Shown in pieces: positions 9,890-19,485 of a stretch of DNA of 64,000 bases. Both the position numbers and the translations under genes were made by a program. Numbering within the stretch: the stretch's first letter is position 1; every line of letters begins with the position of its first letter. This stretch comes from Candidatus Marinacidobacterales bacterium (GTDB lineage Bacteria > Acidobacteriota > Vicinamibacteria > Marinacidobacterales > DATDRI01), in contig CBDCNP010000002.1 in assembly GCA_965219415.1 (NCBI GenBank), positions 4,064,001-4,128,000 of the forward strand. Reading direction: 5' to 3'. The notes under the pieces were generated by a model. The model saw only the letters and a list, made by a program, of their open reading frames with translations, ran no database searches and was not told where the DNA came from.

Positions 9890-11600
9890 TCAGTTGGTAG
9901 GCGCTAGCCGCTCGAGCTCTTCGAACCAGTTGAGGATCACGTTCAATTCTCGGGGTGCCGTTTCGGGCGGGGTTCGGATCATCAAGAACCGCTGGCCGTC
10001 GAGGTTCACATCGTAGCCCGGATGGCGTTCGAAGTGCTGGAAACGGCCTTCGAATAGCAAGCGCGGCTCACCAGCCGAGAATCCCGATTGGGTCGTGATG
10101 GGAACCGCCATCATCTGGTCGCCGTTCCGATAGAAGAGCTCGTTTCCGTTCCGAGCCCACACAGGTTCGGTACCTCCCTCGGTAGAGATTTGCCACTTGC
10201 CGCCCAAACCAGGGAACGCTTGGACGTAGACCTCGAACCGTCCGGATTCATCGGACTGGTGGGCCAACCAGCGGCCGTTCGGAGAGAGGGCGGCGACTGG
10301 TTCACTGAACGGTGTGCTGAGAACTACCTGCGCTTCCTTGTCGCCTTCGAGCGGGATAAACCAGATGTCGGTCCCGGGTTTCGTGATGGCCTACCACGAA
10401 TACAAGCACCTTGCCATCCGGCGACACCATCATCGGGTGTTTGTCGTATTCGCTCGTGAAAAAGGGCTCCTCTTCGGCACTTCCGTCGGCCGGCTTCCAA
10501 AAGAGGTCGAAGACCGGGCGATCGCTCATGTACAGGAGCTTCGTCCCGTCCGGAGTCCAAATCGGTCTCTGGTCGCTAGTGGGATCGAACGTCAAGCGCG
10601 GTCAGGGTTCCGCGTCCGAGCTCGTGGATCATATGTCTCGATTGCTGCCCTCGATCATCAGGGCCACGCGGCTCCCGTCGGGTGAGAGTCTGGGGTGGGC
10701 ATACGGGCGGCGGACGTCGGTGACGGACTCCATCGCACCGGTACGATCCACCCAGACCAGCTCTCTATCTGCCGACAGCACGGAGGACGGGATGTAAACG
10801 AGCGAACCATCATCGGAAAAGCTTGCCTGTGAATGACCGTTGGATGGATGCAAAGGAACGTCCTGGAGCACGGGGACAGGCGCCGCGGTCGCTTCGAGCC
10901 GGGCGAGGTCGAATGGTGCCGCCATGAGCGTGTTCCGCCGTGCAAAGACCAAATGGCCGGTGCGTGCGTAGCGTCCGAACGATCCGCCTTCCATCACCGT
11001 CTGCTGTTCCATCGTCTCCAGGGACAGCGCAACAATCCGCGACGTCTCGGCGGGTGTGGAGAACGCGGTGAAGAGCACTGTCTTGCCATCCGGCAAAGCT
11101 TGCGGCCACCAATGACCGAGCGTGCCCTCGGTAGCCTCAGGGGCGGTCAGCTCCTCCGGTGTGCCGCCGGCGTCGGAGACTCTCCAAAGGCCACTGTTGT
11201 AACTCGGTGTGTAGATGATAGTCCCATCGGCTCCCCAGGTTCCGTGACCCCAAGCGGCCTCCGCGAGCTCCGTGGGGGCTCCGCCCTCGACGGAGATCTT
11301 CTTGAGCTTCCCATCGGCAAAGAAACCGACCGACCTTCCATCCGGAGAGAAGAAAGGATTCTGTGCACCTTCTGTCTGGGCCACGGGTTTGGCCTCGAAC
11401 GCATCCAGCTCGCGCAGATAGAGCTGCCTCGTTTTCCCACTGCTGGCCGCGTACACCAAGCGCCTACCGTCGGGCGATAGGGTCACCAAGAGATTGTTGG
11501 CGACGTCTAGCTGTTCGGTCGGCGGCAGCGTAATGGATAATCGGACGGTCTCTTTTGATCGCGGAGTTTCGAGCGACCTCCACGCCAGAACCCGAGAGCG
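9890..11600 (-). pseudogene. TolB-like (PD40/WD40) beta-propeller C-terminal part of a Ser/Thr kinase family gene; frameshifted, kinase domain absent
   Basis: Three ORF pieces (10629-11489, 10302-10595, 9890-10267) with SPDG repeats, ESGRFEVYV, QISTEGG and the terminal NVILNWFEELERLAP. Confidence 0.8.
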
Positions 11601-11699
11601 GCGAGTTCGGTGGCTGGTGCAAGGTCCTTAGACGGCCCGAAGGTGAGGACACACATTGGACGTTTTTGCTGAAGCTCGTCCCACCGGCCCGGAAAGAAA

Positions 11700-11915
11700 G
11701 TGCGTTTCGCAGCCATCGCCGGGAGTAACGAAGAGGGATACCTTCTCGCCGGTAGTGCGATCGATGCCCAGGGACGTCGTACCTTAGAGGCCGGGAGTTA
11801 CCTGTTTCACAGCGCCGGCGCTCCACACGCCGGCTTCTTGGACGAAGAGCGTCTGGTCCTGGTGCACTACGACGGCGACCCGGACATCGTTCAGGAGTTC
11901 GAGGTCGTGGACTGA
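11700..11915 (+). pseudogene. 3' fragment of a cupin-like gene
   Basis: EEGYLLAG..LEAGSYLFHSAGAPHAG is a cupin-like motif. A diverged second copy is split between 15999-16133 and 17272-17300. Confidence 0.5.
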
Positions 11916-11939
11916 GAGGCCGGATAGAGACTCCGGCCC

Positions 11940-13559
11940 CTACCGATCCCCCGGTCGCACCGTCGGGTACTCGATGCCTAGCTGCTCGAGGTAGGTGTCG
12001 TACTTCGAGGGGTCGTAGTAGTACTTCCGCATCTCCTCACGGAAATCACCCATTCTCTCGGTGTTCAAGTGGACGGCGGGCGAGTCCGACTCCCCAATGA
12101 AAGGCGTGTATTCCCTGTCCTTGGTCTGCACGTCATTGAAGTAACTCCACGCGGCTCGAACCTTCTCCGGATCGAGAAAAAAATCCAGGGCGGTCAACGC
12201 CAGTACCTTGGCGCCAGCCGTTGAGCCTTTGTGCGCGATCGGCGTCGCCATCGCCACCGCGCTCGACCAGTGGTGGCCACCACCCCCCGTTGCGAAGTTG
12301 GCCGGGTAGCGAAGCGTCACCGTCGGTACGACCCAAGACACGTCGCCGATATCGTCCGAGCCTCCTCCAGTGCGAGGCTTGGGAGCCGGCCCACGGATCT
12401 CCGTGAGCTCGGTCCGGAGACCGGCAACACCAGACCATGGGCCGCGGTTTTCCTCCTCCGGGTCGAATCCCATCTCCGCTTGCAGAGCCAAGGCGAGCGC
12501 CACGTCGGCCTCGCTCCACTCCGGCAGACCGACCTGTACGATATTCTCGTACATCGTCTCGGCGATCACCTTGTTGAAGTGCCTCGGCCATGCAGACCCC
12601 AGAATTCGCGACTCGACTTCGGTCTCGGTCATCGCCGCGGCAGCCTGGCTGATCGTCGCGCCGATGTCGTAGAGGCGCTTGATATGATCGTAGTCGAGCT
12701 CGCGGTAAAAGTACCAGACCGATGCCAGCGGAGGCACGACGTTCGGCTGATCGCCGCCGTTGGTGATCACGTAGTGGATGCGAGTGGGAAGGCGGAGATG
12801 CTCGCGACGAAAGTTCCACGCCGCGTTCATCAGCTCCACCGCATCGAGCGCGCTTCTACCCCGCCAGGGGGCACCGGCGCCGTGCGCCGCTTTGCCGGTA
12901 AAGGTGTGCTCCACCGAGACCAATCCGTTTCCAGCCGCGTCTCCCCAGCTCACGTTGAGGTTGTGACTGACGTGAGTGAAGAAAACCATGTCCACGACAT
13001 CGAACACACCCTCCCGCACGAGATAGGCCTTGGTAGCCACCAGCTCTTCCGCGACTCCCGGCCAGAGCATCAAGGTACCCGAGATGTTCTCTCGCTCCAT
13101 GATCTCCTTCAGCACCAGGGCCGCGGTGACGTTGACGGCCTGGCCGGAGTTGTGCCCCTCGCCGTGACCCGGGGCTCCTTCGACGATGGGAGAGTGGTAC
13201 GCCACCCCCGGCTTCTGAGAGGCTTTGGGGATGCCGTCGATGTCGCTGCCGAACGCGATCACCGGTTTGCCCGAGCCCCATCGCGCCACCCAAGCGGTGG
13301 GAATACCGGCGACTCCTCGCTCAACGCTGAAGCCGTTCTCCTCGAGGATCCCCGTCACGAAGCGGGACGTTTCGATTTCTTGAAAACCAAGCTCACCGAA
13401 ACTGAAGATGCTGTCCACCATCACCTGGGTGAGCTTGGCCCGGTTCTCCACCTCGGCGAGCGCTTCTTCCTTGAGACGGCCAAGCCTCTCGTCGGACGCT
13501 GCAGCCGCAGCTTGACTCAGCCAGACAATCCCCACCAGCATCATCCATCGCACGCGCAT
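11940..13559 (-). CDS. Exported M20 amidohydrolase (aminobenzoyl-glutamate hydrolase AbgB-like)
   Basis: Signal peptide; FSFGELGFQE, GHGEGHN, GVAEEL, GRSALDAVELM, GGDQPNVVP, GSDDIGDVSW. Confidence 0.88.
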   Translation of the reverse strand: MRVRWMMLVGIVWLSQAAAAASDERLGRLKEEALAEVENRAKLTQVMVDSIFSFGELGFQEIETSRFVTGILEENGFSVERGVAGIPTAWVARWGSGKPVIAFGSDIDGIPKASQKPGVAYHSPIVEGAPGHGEGHNSGQAVNVTAALVLKEIMERENISGTLMLWPGVAEELVATKAYLVREGVFDVVDMVFFTHVSHNLNVSWGDAAGNGLVSVEHTFTGKAAHGAGAPWRGRSALDAVELMNAAWNFRREHLRLPTRIHYVITNGGDQPNVVPPLASVWYFYRELDYDHIKRLYDIGATISQAAAAMTETEVESRILGSAWPRHFNKVIAETMYENIVQVGLPEWSEADVALALALQAEMGFDPEEENRGPWSGVAGLRTELTEIRGPAPKPRTGGGSDDIGDVSWVVPTVTLRYPANFATGGGGHHWSSAVAMATPIAHKGSTAGAKVLALTALDFFLDPEKVRAAWSYFNDVQTKDREYTPFIGESDSPAVHLNTERMGDFREEMRKYYYDPSKYDTYLEQLGIEYPTVRPGDR

Positions 13560-13589
13560 CGGTTCTCCTCTCCGTTTTTCAGCTACAGA

Positions 13590-14489
13590 TCACGCCGCCT
13601 GACTGGCGGGAGTTGGAGCCTTCCGCTTGCCCACCGCGAAGCCCGCCACCGCGAGAAGGCTCAAGAAAACCGTCACCACGATGGAAACCTGGAGATGTCC
13701 AAGGACGTGCTGTGCCTGGGACATATCGGCGGGCTGGAAGCCTTGGCCGGGGGCATGGACGTAATTGGCAACGCCCAGACCCTCCGTGACATTGATGCCG
13801 TAGACCACCAGCAACGTGAAGCATGCCGCCATCAGCACACCCACTAAAACCATGTGGCCATATCCGCCGAAACCGCGGGCGGGAGCGCGGTAGCCATAGT
13901 AGAAAGACAGGGCCATCGCCAACAAGGTGAGGCTCGTCAACCACGTTCCGATGGCGTAGGGAATTCCCAGAGCTCCCACCAGCATCCGCAACACGGCAAC
14001 CGCCGCCAAGAGCAAGAAGGCGTTACGCAGGTAACCCAAGGGCCGTGAAAGCAAAAAACCTAGGCTCGCAATGCCCCACGACATGACAATCGAGAAACAC
14101 ATAACGATAAGCTGCCCGACGACGTGCTCTCCCATTCCCATGCCCGCCGGAGCGTTCCCGGCCCCCGGGGCATGGAACCAACCGTGAATACCGCCGAAAC
14201 CCTCGACCAGGATCGCCACGATGATGAACCCGTACAGCGTCGCCGACAACAAGAAGGCCACGGGGAGCAAATGCCGATAGCCACCGAAGCCATTGGCCTT
14301 GGCCTGTTGACCGTAGATGAGCGCCGCCAGCGCTGTGACAATGGTCATGCTGACCAGATGCGTGGCGCGATCATACGGGACGCCGGAAGCCCCCACGATG
14401 AAGCGAAGCACTCCCATGGCGAGGATGGCGATAATGCCGGTACGGACGAATTGCAGATAATCGGAGAGGCTCTTACCAAATAAAGTCAT
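13590..14489 (-). CDS. Multi-pass membrane protein of unknown function with an internal two-fold repeat
   Basis: About 10 hydrophobic helices. Repeated GASGVPY/GALGIPY, GFGGYRH/GFGGYGH and FHAPG/VHAPG. RBS GGAGGTG upstream. Confidence 0.75.
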   Translation of the reverse strand: MTLFGKSLSDYLQFVRTGIIAILAMGVLRFIVGASGVPYDRATHLVSMTIVTALAALIYGQQAKANGFGGYRHLLPVAFLLSATLYGFIIVAILVEGFGGIHGWFHAPGAGNAPAGMGMGEHVVGQLIVMCFSIVMSWGIASLGFLLSRPLGYLRNAFLLLAAVAVLRMLVGALGIPYAIGTWLTSLTLLAMALSFYYGYRAPARGFGGYGHMVLVGVLMAACFTLLVVYGINVTEGLGVANYVHAPGQGFQPADMSQAQHVLGHLQVSIVVTVFLSLLAVAGFAVGKRKAPTPASQAA

Positions 14490-14515
14490 GACTCACCTCC
14501 GGAAATGAATTGCGT

Positions 14516-15950
14516 GAGTCAAGCCCATTCTTAGTTGAAACTCTCCACGGCTCACGTTTAAGCGACCTTCTTCTTCGATACGGTTGATGTCTTCGCCTCG
14601 ATCTTCAGTTCCCGCTTGAGAGCTTCGCGAAGCTTGGGAAGATGGCGGTAGCCCACTACCTTCCTCAAGCGCGGTTCGATGTCTACGAGCGCCGTTGCCA
14701 ACCAGCGCTGGCGTTGGCTCGAGTTCTTCCAGTGGTCGACCTTCGCGCAGCGTTCCTCGACGAGAGCATTGACGGACTCAAGGCAGTTCGTCGTCTTGAA
14801 CGAACGGCCCAGCACCGCGTGCACGCCGAGTCGATGCAACGTCAGCGTCTCCTCGAGGCCTTCCTCCAGGCTGCCAGCTGCGGATTGGTTCCGCTCTTCT
14901 AACTCACCGTGGAGTTGCTCGAGCGCAGTGAGGGCCTCTTCGTACTCCGGCCTGTTGTAGGCCCACTGGAGCCGCTTGCGCCATGACGCCTGCTCGCCCT
15001 TGGACAGGTAGCTCACTACGTTTTCACGTTTGTGCCACTGGCAGCGTTGTATCAGGGCCCGCTTACGGAATGCCTTCTTGACTGCCGCTTGGAGACCCTT
15101 GCCGCCGTCGATGATCACCAGCAGACCCTGGGAGATATCGAGTCCCCGCTCGAGCAGTGAACGCAGGAACGGCGTCAACACCTGCGCGTTCTCCGTGTCC
15201 GTCTCCACGAAGCCCAAGAAGCGTTTTTCCCCGCAAAGCGTGATGCCCAGAGCCACGACCATCGTTGCCTCGGCGAATGTCTTCCCATCCAGAAACAGCG
15301 CCACCACATCCTCGCCGGTCAGATCCCGTTCCTGCATCTCCCGCAGCTTCGCAGCGCTCGCTTGCACGAACCCTCGGGACACCGTTGAGCTCGACAGCCC
15401 GATGGCGCCCGGAATCGCTTCCGCTGCCGCCTCGTAGTTGCGACAAGAGATTCCGTAGAGAACTCGTTTCAGCAGAAGATCATTCACCTCACCGCCGTGG
15501 CTCACCGCCTCGTAGCAGCGAAGCGGAATCTCTCCTCCCTCGATGCTCCGAACCCGTGGCACACGGATCGGTACCCGCTGGCCGCCAAGCCCTACCGTGC
15601 CCGGGTTGCTTCCGGGACGGCGACCGCGCTCCAGCTCGTCCTTGCGAGAGTATCGCTCTCCCGCCAACGCCTTCACTTCGTCGTCGAGCAACTCGTGAAC
15701 GTGCATTAGACCAAGGGGGACCAACCAACGGATCATCTCTACCTTGGCGTCCAGCGCGAGTTCCCCGTAATCCTCATGCCTCACCATCTCGACCTCACCC
15801 AAACGACGCGACTTCTTGCGTTTCTTGACCGAACGTAGCAGACTTCCCATCTCGGCTCCTTTCTTCGCGGCTTGATTTTGTTTTGTCCAACGCCATCAAA
15901 CCACGGGGTTTGGAGCCGTTTCAATTCCCAACTAAGATTGGCACACTTTC
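14516..15950 (-). mobile_element. IS256-family insertion sequence
   Basis: Imperfect TIRs (GAGTCAAGCCCATTCTTAGTTG and GAAAGTGTGCCAATCTTAGTTG). 8-bp TSD AATTGCGT at 14508-14515 and 15951-15958. Confidence 0.9.
14558..15850 (-). CDS. IS256 (mutator) family transposase
   Basis: LFLDG, VIIDGGKGL, QRCQWHKRENV and TTNCLES motifs. Confidence 0.92.
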   Translation of the reverse strand: MGSLLRSVKKRKKSRRLGEVEMVRHEDYGELALDAKVEMIRWLVPLGLMHVHELLDDEVKALAGERYSRKDELERGRRPGSNPGTVGLGGQRVPIRVPRVRSIEGGEIPLRCYEAVSHGGEVNDLLLKRVLYGISCRNYEAAAEAIPGAIGLSSSTVSRGFVQASAAKLREMQERDLTGEDVVALFLDGKTFAEATMVVALGITLCGEKRFLGFVETDTENAQVLTPFLRSLLERGLDISQGLLVIIDGGKGLQAAVKKAFRKRALIQRCQWHKRENVVSYLSKGEQASWRKRLQWAYNRPEYEEALTALEQLHGELEERNQSAAGSLEEGLEETLTLHRLGVHAVLGRSFKTTNCLESVNALVEERCAKVDHWKNSSQRQRWLATALVDIEPRLRKVVGYRHLPKLREALKRELKIEAKTSTVSKKKVA

Positions 15951-16227
15951 AATTGCGTCACAGTCGGCGCCAAGTATACCCCGACGGTGCCCGCTGGGCA
16001 TCGCCGGGAGCAACCAAGAAGGATACCTTCTGGCCGGTAGTGCGGTAAATGCTCAGGGAAGTCGGACCCTAAAAGCGGGAAGTTACTTGTTTCACAGTTC
16101 GGGGCTCCACACGCCGGTTTCTTGGACGAAGAGGTGTCCCGATTGAAGATCCACGACTGGGCGAAGGCTAATTTCCCGGAGGCGGTGCGGCTATGGTCAA
16201 TCCCGTTCCTTCGCGGAGAGAAGTTTC

Positions 16228-16944
16228 TTAGGACGTGCGCCGGCGTCGCCACCAGACCAAGGCGAGGCCCGCCAGGCCGGGACCGAAAAGGGACATGGTG
16301 CCGGGCTCCGGCACTCGCGACAACTGTGTTAGGAACTCGATGCTTCCGTCACGAGCCTCAAAAGACGGAAACCACGTCCCCGCTGCAACGACCATGGGCT
16401 GGTAGACGTACCGGTAGTAACCGTTCGGCACTTCTCCGTCGTTCTCATTCACATCATCGAGGAGCTGCGCGAGTTCCAGCGTCACCAAGCTGCTGGGATC
16501 CTTAAGAAAGATGTCGAACTGCTCGAGCTGATTCTGGTCCCGCAATTTGTCGCCAAGGGGTGCCTCAGGGTGGCCCAGCTTGACGATCACCTGCAGGAGC
16601 AACTCGGTGTCCTGCGTCAAGGTGAAGGTGTCGGCACCGGTGTCATAATCGATGCGGTTGGTAAGCTCCGGCATCGCAGGGCAACTCAACCCCACGCCTT
16701 GTCTCGGGTCCCGTGGAGGAAACAAGCCGCAGGAATTCGTCAGATTGCCGACCAGGAAGAACGTCGGTCCTGGAACGGGGACGAAATCGCCTGGACCCGG
16801 CACGGGCGTTGGAGCCGGGTCAAGTGGTCCGCCGCCTAGAAAGGTCCTGTCCGCGGTACTGAAATCAAAAACGAAGTCGGCGTCGGCAGAATGGCTAACC
16901 GGTAGGCAAAGGGTTGCGACGATCGAAGTGAGTGAAGCGCGCAT
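16228..16944 (-). CDS. PEP-CTERM sorting domain protein
   Basis: Signal peptide; C-terminal VPEPGTMSLFGPGLAGLALVWWRRRR. Confidence 0.85.
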   Translation of the reverse strand: MRASLTSIVATLCLPVSHSADADFVFDFSTADRTFLGGGPLDPAPTPVPGPGDFVPVPGPTFFLVGNLTNSCGLFPPRDPRQGVGLSCPAMPELTNRIDYDTGADTFTLTQDTELLLQVIVKLGHPEAPLGDKLRDQNQLEQFDIFLKDPSSLVTLELAQLLDDVNENDGEVPNGYYRYVYQPMVVAAGTWFPSFEARDGSIEFLTQLSRVPEPGTMSLFGPGLAGLALVWWRRRRTS

Positions 16945-17018
16945 GGCTTATATCTCCCTCTAGATATGAACCTCGCGAGCTGGTTGGGTCTCGCTGGTCG
17001 TCCAGTACCTAGGCTATA

Positions 17019-17103
17019 AGCAAGAAACGGACCGAAAGAAACCTTTTTTAGAATCAGCAGATTGTAGCAGCCCAGCCGAGCAAAAGTGTAAGAGATGACG
17101 ACA
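17019..17103 (-). promoter_or_regulatory. Sigma54 promoter with IHF site and enhancer (PEP-CTERM box-like)
   Basis: Minus strand CGGTCCGTTTCTTGCT (GG-N10-GC, 17020-17033). AATCAGCAGATTG fits the IHF consensus WATCARNNNNTTR (17052-17064). TGT-N11-ACA at 17087-17103. Confidence 0.65.
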
Positions 17104-17349
17104 GCCTAAACGGATCTAAACCGCCTGTGACGTTATATATATTGATGGCTCAACCAGTTGAGCAAACGTTGGCGCCGTTCTCGATCCGTGTCATTTATGC
17201 CGACGATGAGACGATAATAAGGAAGGGACTTCGTACACACAACCGATAAGATCCGCGCACCTACGGCGAAGCGTTCAGGAATTCGAGGTCGTGGACTGAG
17301 CCCGGGTCGTCTCGTCTCCTTCGTTCCGATCTCCCAAACCGCTGTGACC

Positions 17350-19485
17350 TCAGCGCCGTGCCTCGCTACGGATCTTTGATAGCGGACTCATGCGGGGACC
17401 GCCCTCTACCAGATCAAGGATCAGCGACCCGGAGGGAGCGCGCGTCACGACCGCGTCCGGCGGTACCACGATCGTCGTTGCGGGGGTTTCCACGATTACC
17501 GGCCCCGATAGAGTGTCCCCGCTGGCGAGCGATTCGAGCCGATAGACCGGTGTGGGGCGGGAACTGCGACCAAAGAAAGCAGCGCGCTCGGTCCTCGGCT
17601 CTGGCCAGGCCTTGCCAACCGGTACTTCCGCCTGAGTCAAATCGGGTAGAGGGCACCGTGCGCTGGCATGCCAAGCGACGAACTCAACCTTCGAGCGCTC
17701 GTCACGGTGCGCGAAGATACGATCGTGGGTGGCGTGGAAATCGCGCCGCAGCACCTCGATGTCCTCGACTCCCGCGAAAGCCTCGACGCGCAGCGGCACC
17801 TCGATTTCCCAGTGCTGACGAGGGTAGCGCGCTTCGACCGCGAATCTAATAGAAGCCCCTTCAGGCGGCACACCGGATTCGGTGATGAACGCTTCGCTGA
17901 GCCGCTTGAGCTTGGCCAGAGTGGCGTTCACTCCGACGAAGTCGAACGCTTCGGTGTCGGTCGCCAGGAAAGCCGATTTGTCGCTGCGAAGATCCGAGAC
18001 CAGCGCACCGGTGGCACTCAGCCCCGCCGCCGTCTCGGGCACGACGATGCGCCGGACGCCTAAGCGCCGCGCAATAGGTACGGAGTACAGGCCGGCTCCG
18101 CCACCTCCGCCGATCATGATCGCTCGGCGGGGATCGACGCCTTGGTTGAGAGTGATCTCTTCGATTGCGATAACCATGCGCTCGCATGCCAGCTCGAAGA
18201 TGGCGCCGGCTGCTTCTTCGGCTCCGAGCCCCAGCCGTTTCCCAACCCGACGTTCCACCGCGGCGGTAGCGAGGTCCGGATCGAGCACCATGTTCCCACC
18301 GAGGAAGTACTCGGGATCGATGTAGCCGAGTAGGACCGCGCTATCGGTGACGGTCGGCTCCCTACCACCGCGACCGTAGGAAGCGGGACCCGGCTCGGAG
18401 CCGGCGCTTTCGGGACCCACGTGCAGTAGCCCACCGTCGTCGACCCACGCGATGGATCCACCACCGGCCCCGATTGACCGAACGTCGAGCGACGGAAACC
18501 CGAGCATGAATCCCGGGAACGGCCCCACAGTGGCCTCGCGATTCCAGGGAATCTCTCCGCCGCGCAGAAGACTTACGTCGAACGTGGTTCCTCCCGCATC
18601 CATCACGATCGCAGTGTCGACGGACGCGTCGAGCCGAGCATAATGCTGGCCCGCACTCGGCGCGGCTGCCGGGCCCGAACCCACCGAGTGAATCGGGGCG
18701 CGCGCAGCTCGATCCGCGTCCAGCACGCCGCCAGAAGACGTGAGGGTTAGTAGCCGACCCGCGAATCCTTCCTCCTTCAATGTCTGGCCAATGCCCGCGA
18801 AGTATCTCGACATCAGCGGCTTGAGGGACGCATCGATCGAGGCGGCAGACGCCCGTCGGTATTCTCGAATCGTTGGATTCAATTGATGCGACAACGTGTA
18901 CGGGACGCCGGGAAGGATTTCCTCGATGAGATCTCCGAGAATGAGCTCATGGGCGGGGTTGACGATGGACCAGAGGAGACAAACCGCGACGGCCTCGACT
19001 TCGATGTCGCCCAGACGCGCGAGGGTGGCACGGGCAGCCGATTCGTCGAGCGGTTTGTGAACAGTGCCATCCCAACACATTCGTTCCGGGATCTCGAACG
19101 TCAGGGCGCGGGGTACGTACGGTTCCGGGAAGGGTTGAGAGAAGTCGAGGGTGCGAAGGCGCCCGCCCCCCTCTCGCCACAGCAAGGTGTCGGGGTGCCC
19201 TTCCGTGCACAACAAGGCGGTACGCGCCGTAGAGGACGTGAGTATCGCGTTCGTGGCTCGCGTCGTGCCGTGAACAATCTGCGTCGCCCGGCCGAGAAGA
19301 TCCCGCTTGGATAGACCGAGACTGTCCGCAGCGATCCCGATGGTGTCGAGCAATCCTCGGGTCGGGTCATCCGGCGTCGTGGAGCTCTTGAACAAGCGCA
19401 GGCCGCCGGGGAGACCGTCCACGATGAGATCCGTGAAAGTCCCTCCGACATCTGCTCCCAAACGGAGCTCCTCGAGCTCGCTCAT
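17350..19485 (-). CDS. hyuA: Hydantoinase/oxoprolinase subunit A (ATP-binding)
   Basis: DVGGTFTD, HGTTRATNA, SGPAA, MDAGGTTFDVS, IGAGGGSIA, GPESAGSEPGP. ATG at 19485 overlaps the stop of subunit B. Confidence 0.9.
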   Translation of the reverse strand: MSELEELRLGADVGGTFTDLIVDGLPGGLRLFKSSTTPDDPTRGLLDTIGIAADSLGLSKRDLLGRATQIVHGTTRATNAILTSSTARTALLCTEGHPDTLLWREGGGRLRTLDFSQPFPEPYVPRALTFEIPERMCWDGTVHKPLDESAARATLARLGDIEVEAVAVCLLWSIVNPAHELILGDLIEEILPGVPYTLSHQLNPTIREYRRASAASIDASLKPLMSRYFAGIGQTLKEEGFAGRLLTLTSSGGVLDADRAARAPIHSVGSGPAAAPSAGQHYARLDASVDTAIVMDAGGTTFDVSLLRGGEIPWNREATVGPFPGFMLGFPSLDVRSIGAGGGSIAWVDDGGLLHVGPESAGSEPGPASYGRGGREPTVTDSAVLLGYIDPEYFLGGNMVLDPDLATAAVERRVGKRLGLGAEEAAGAIFELACERMVIAIEEITLNQGVDPRRAIMIGGGGGAGLYSVPIARRLGVRRIVVPETAAGLSATGALVSDLRSDKSAFLATDTEAFDFVGVNATLAKLKRLSEAFITESGVPPEGASIRFAVEARYPRQHWEIEVPLRVEAFAGVEDIEVLRRDFHATHDRIFAHRDERSKVEFVAWHASARCPLPDLTQAEVPVGKAWPEPRTERAAFFGRSSRPTPVYRLESLASGDTLSGPVIVETPATTIVVPPDAVVTRAPSGSLILDLVEGGPRMSPLSKIRSEARR

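Noticed and set aside
12231-13847. Long antisense ORFs (for example 12231..13847, 19494..20939, 37144..38151 on another frame)
   Set aside because: Shadow ORFs of real genes in high-GC DNA, with no recognisable motifs.
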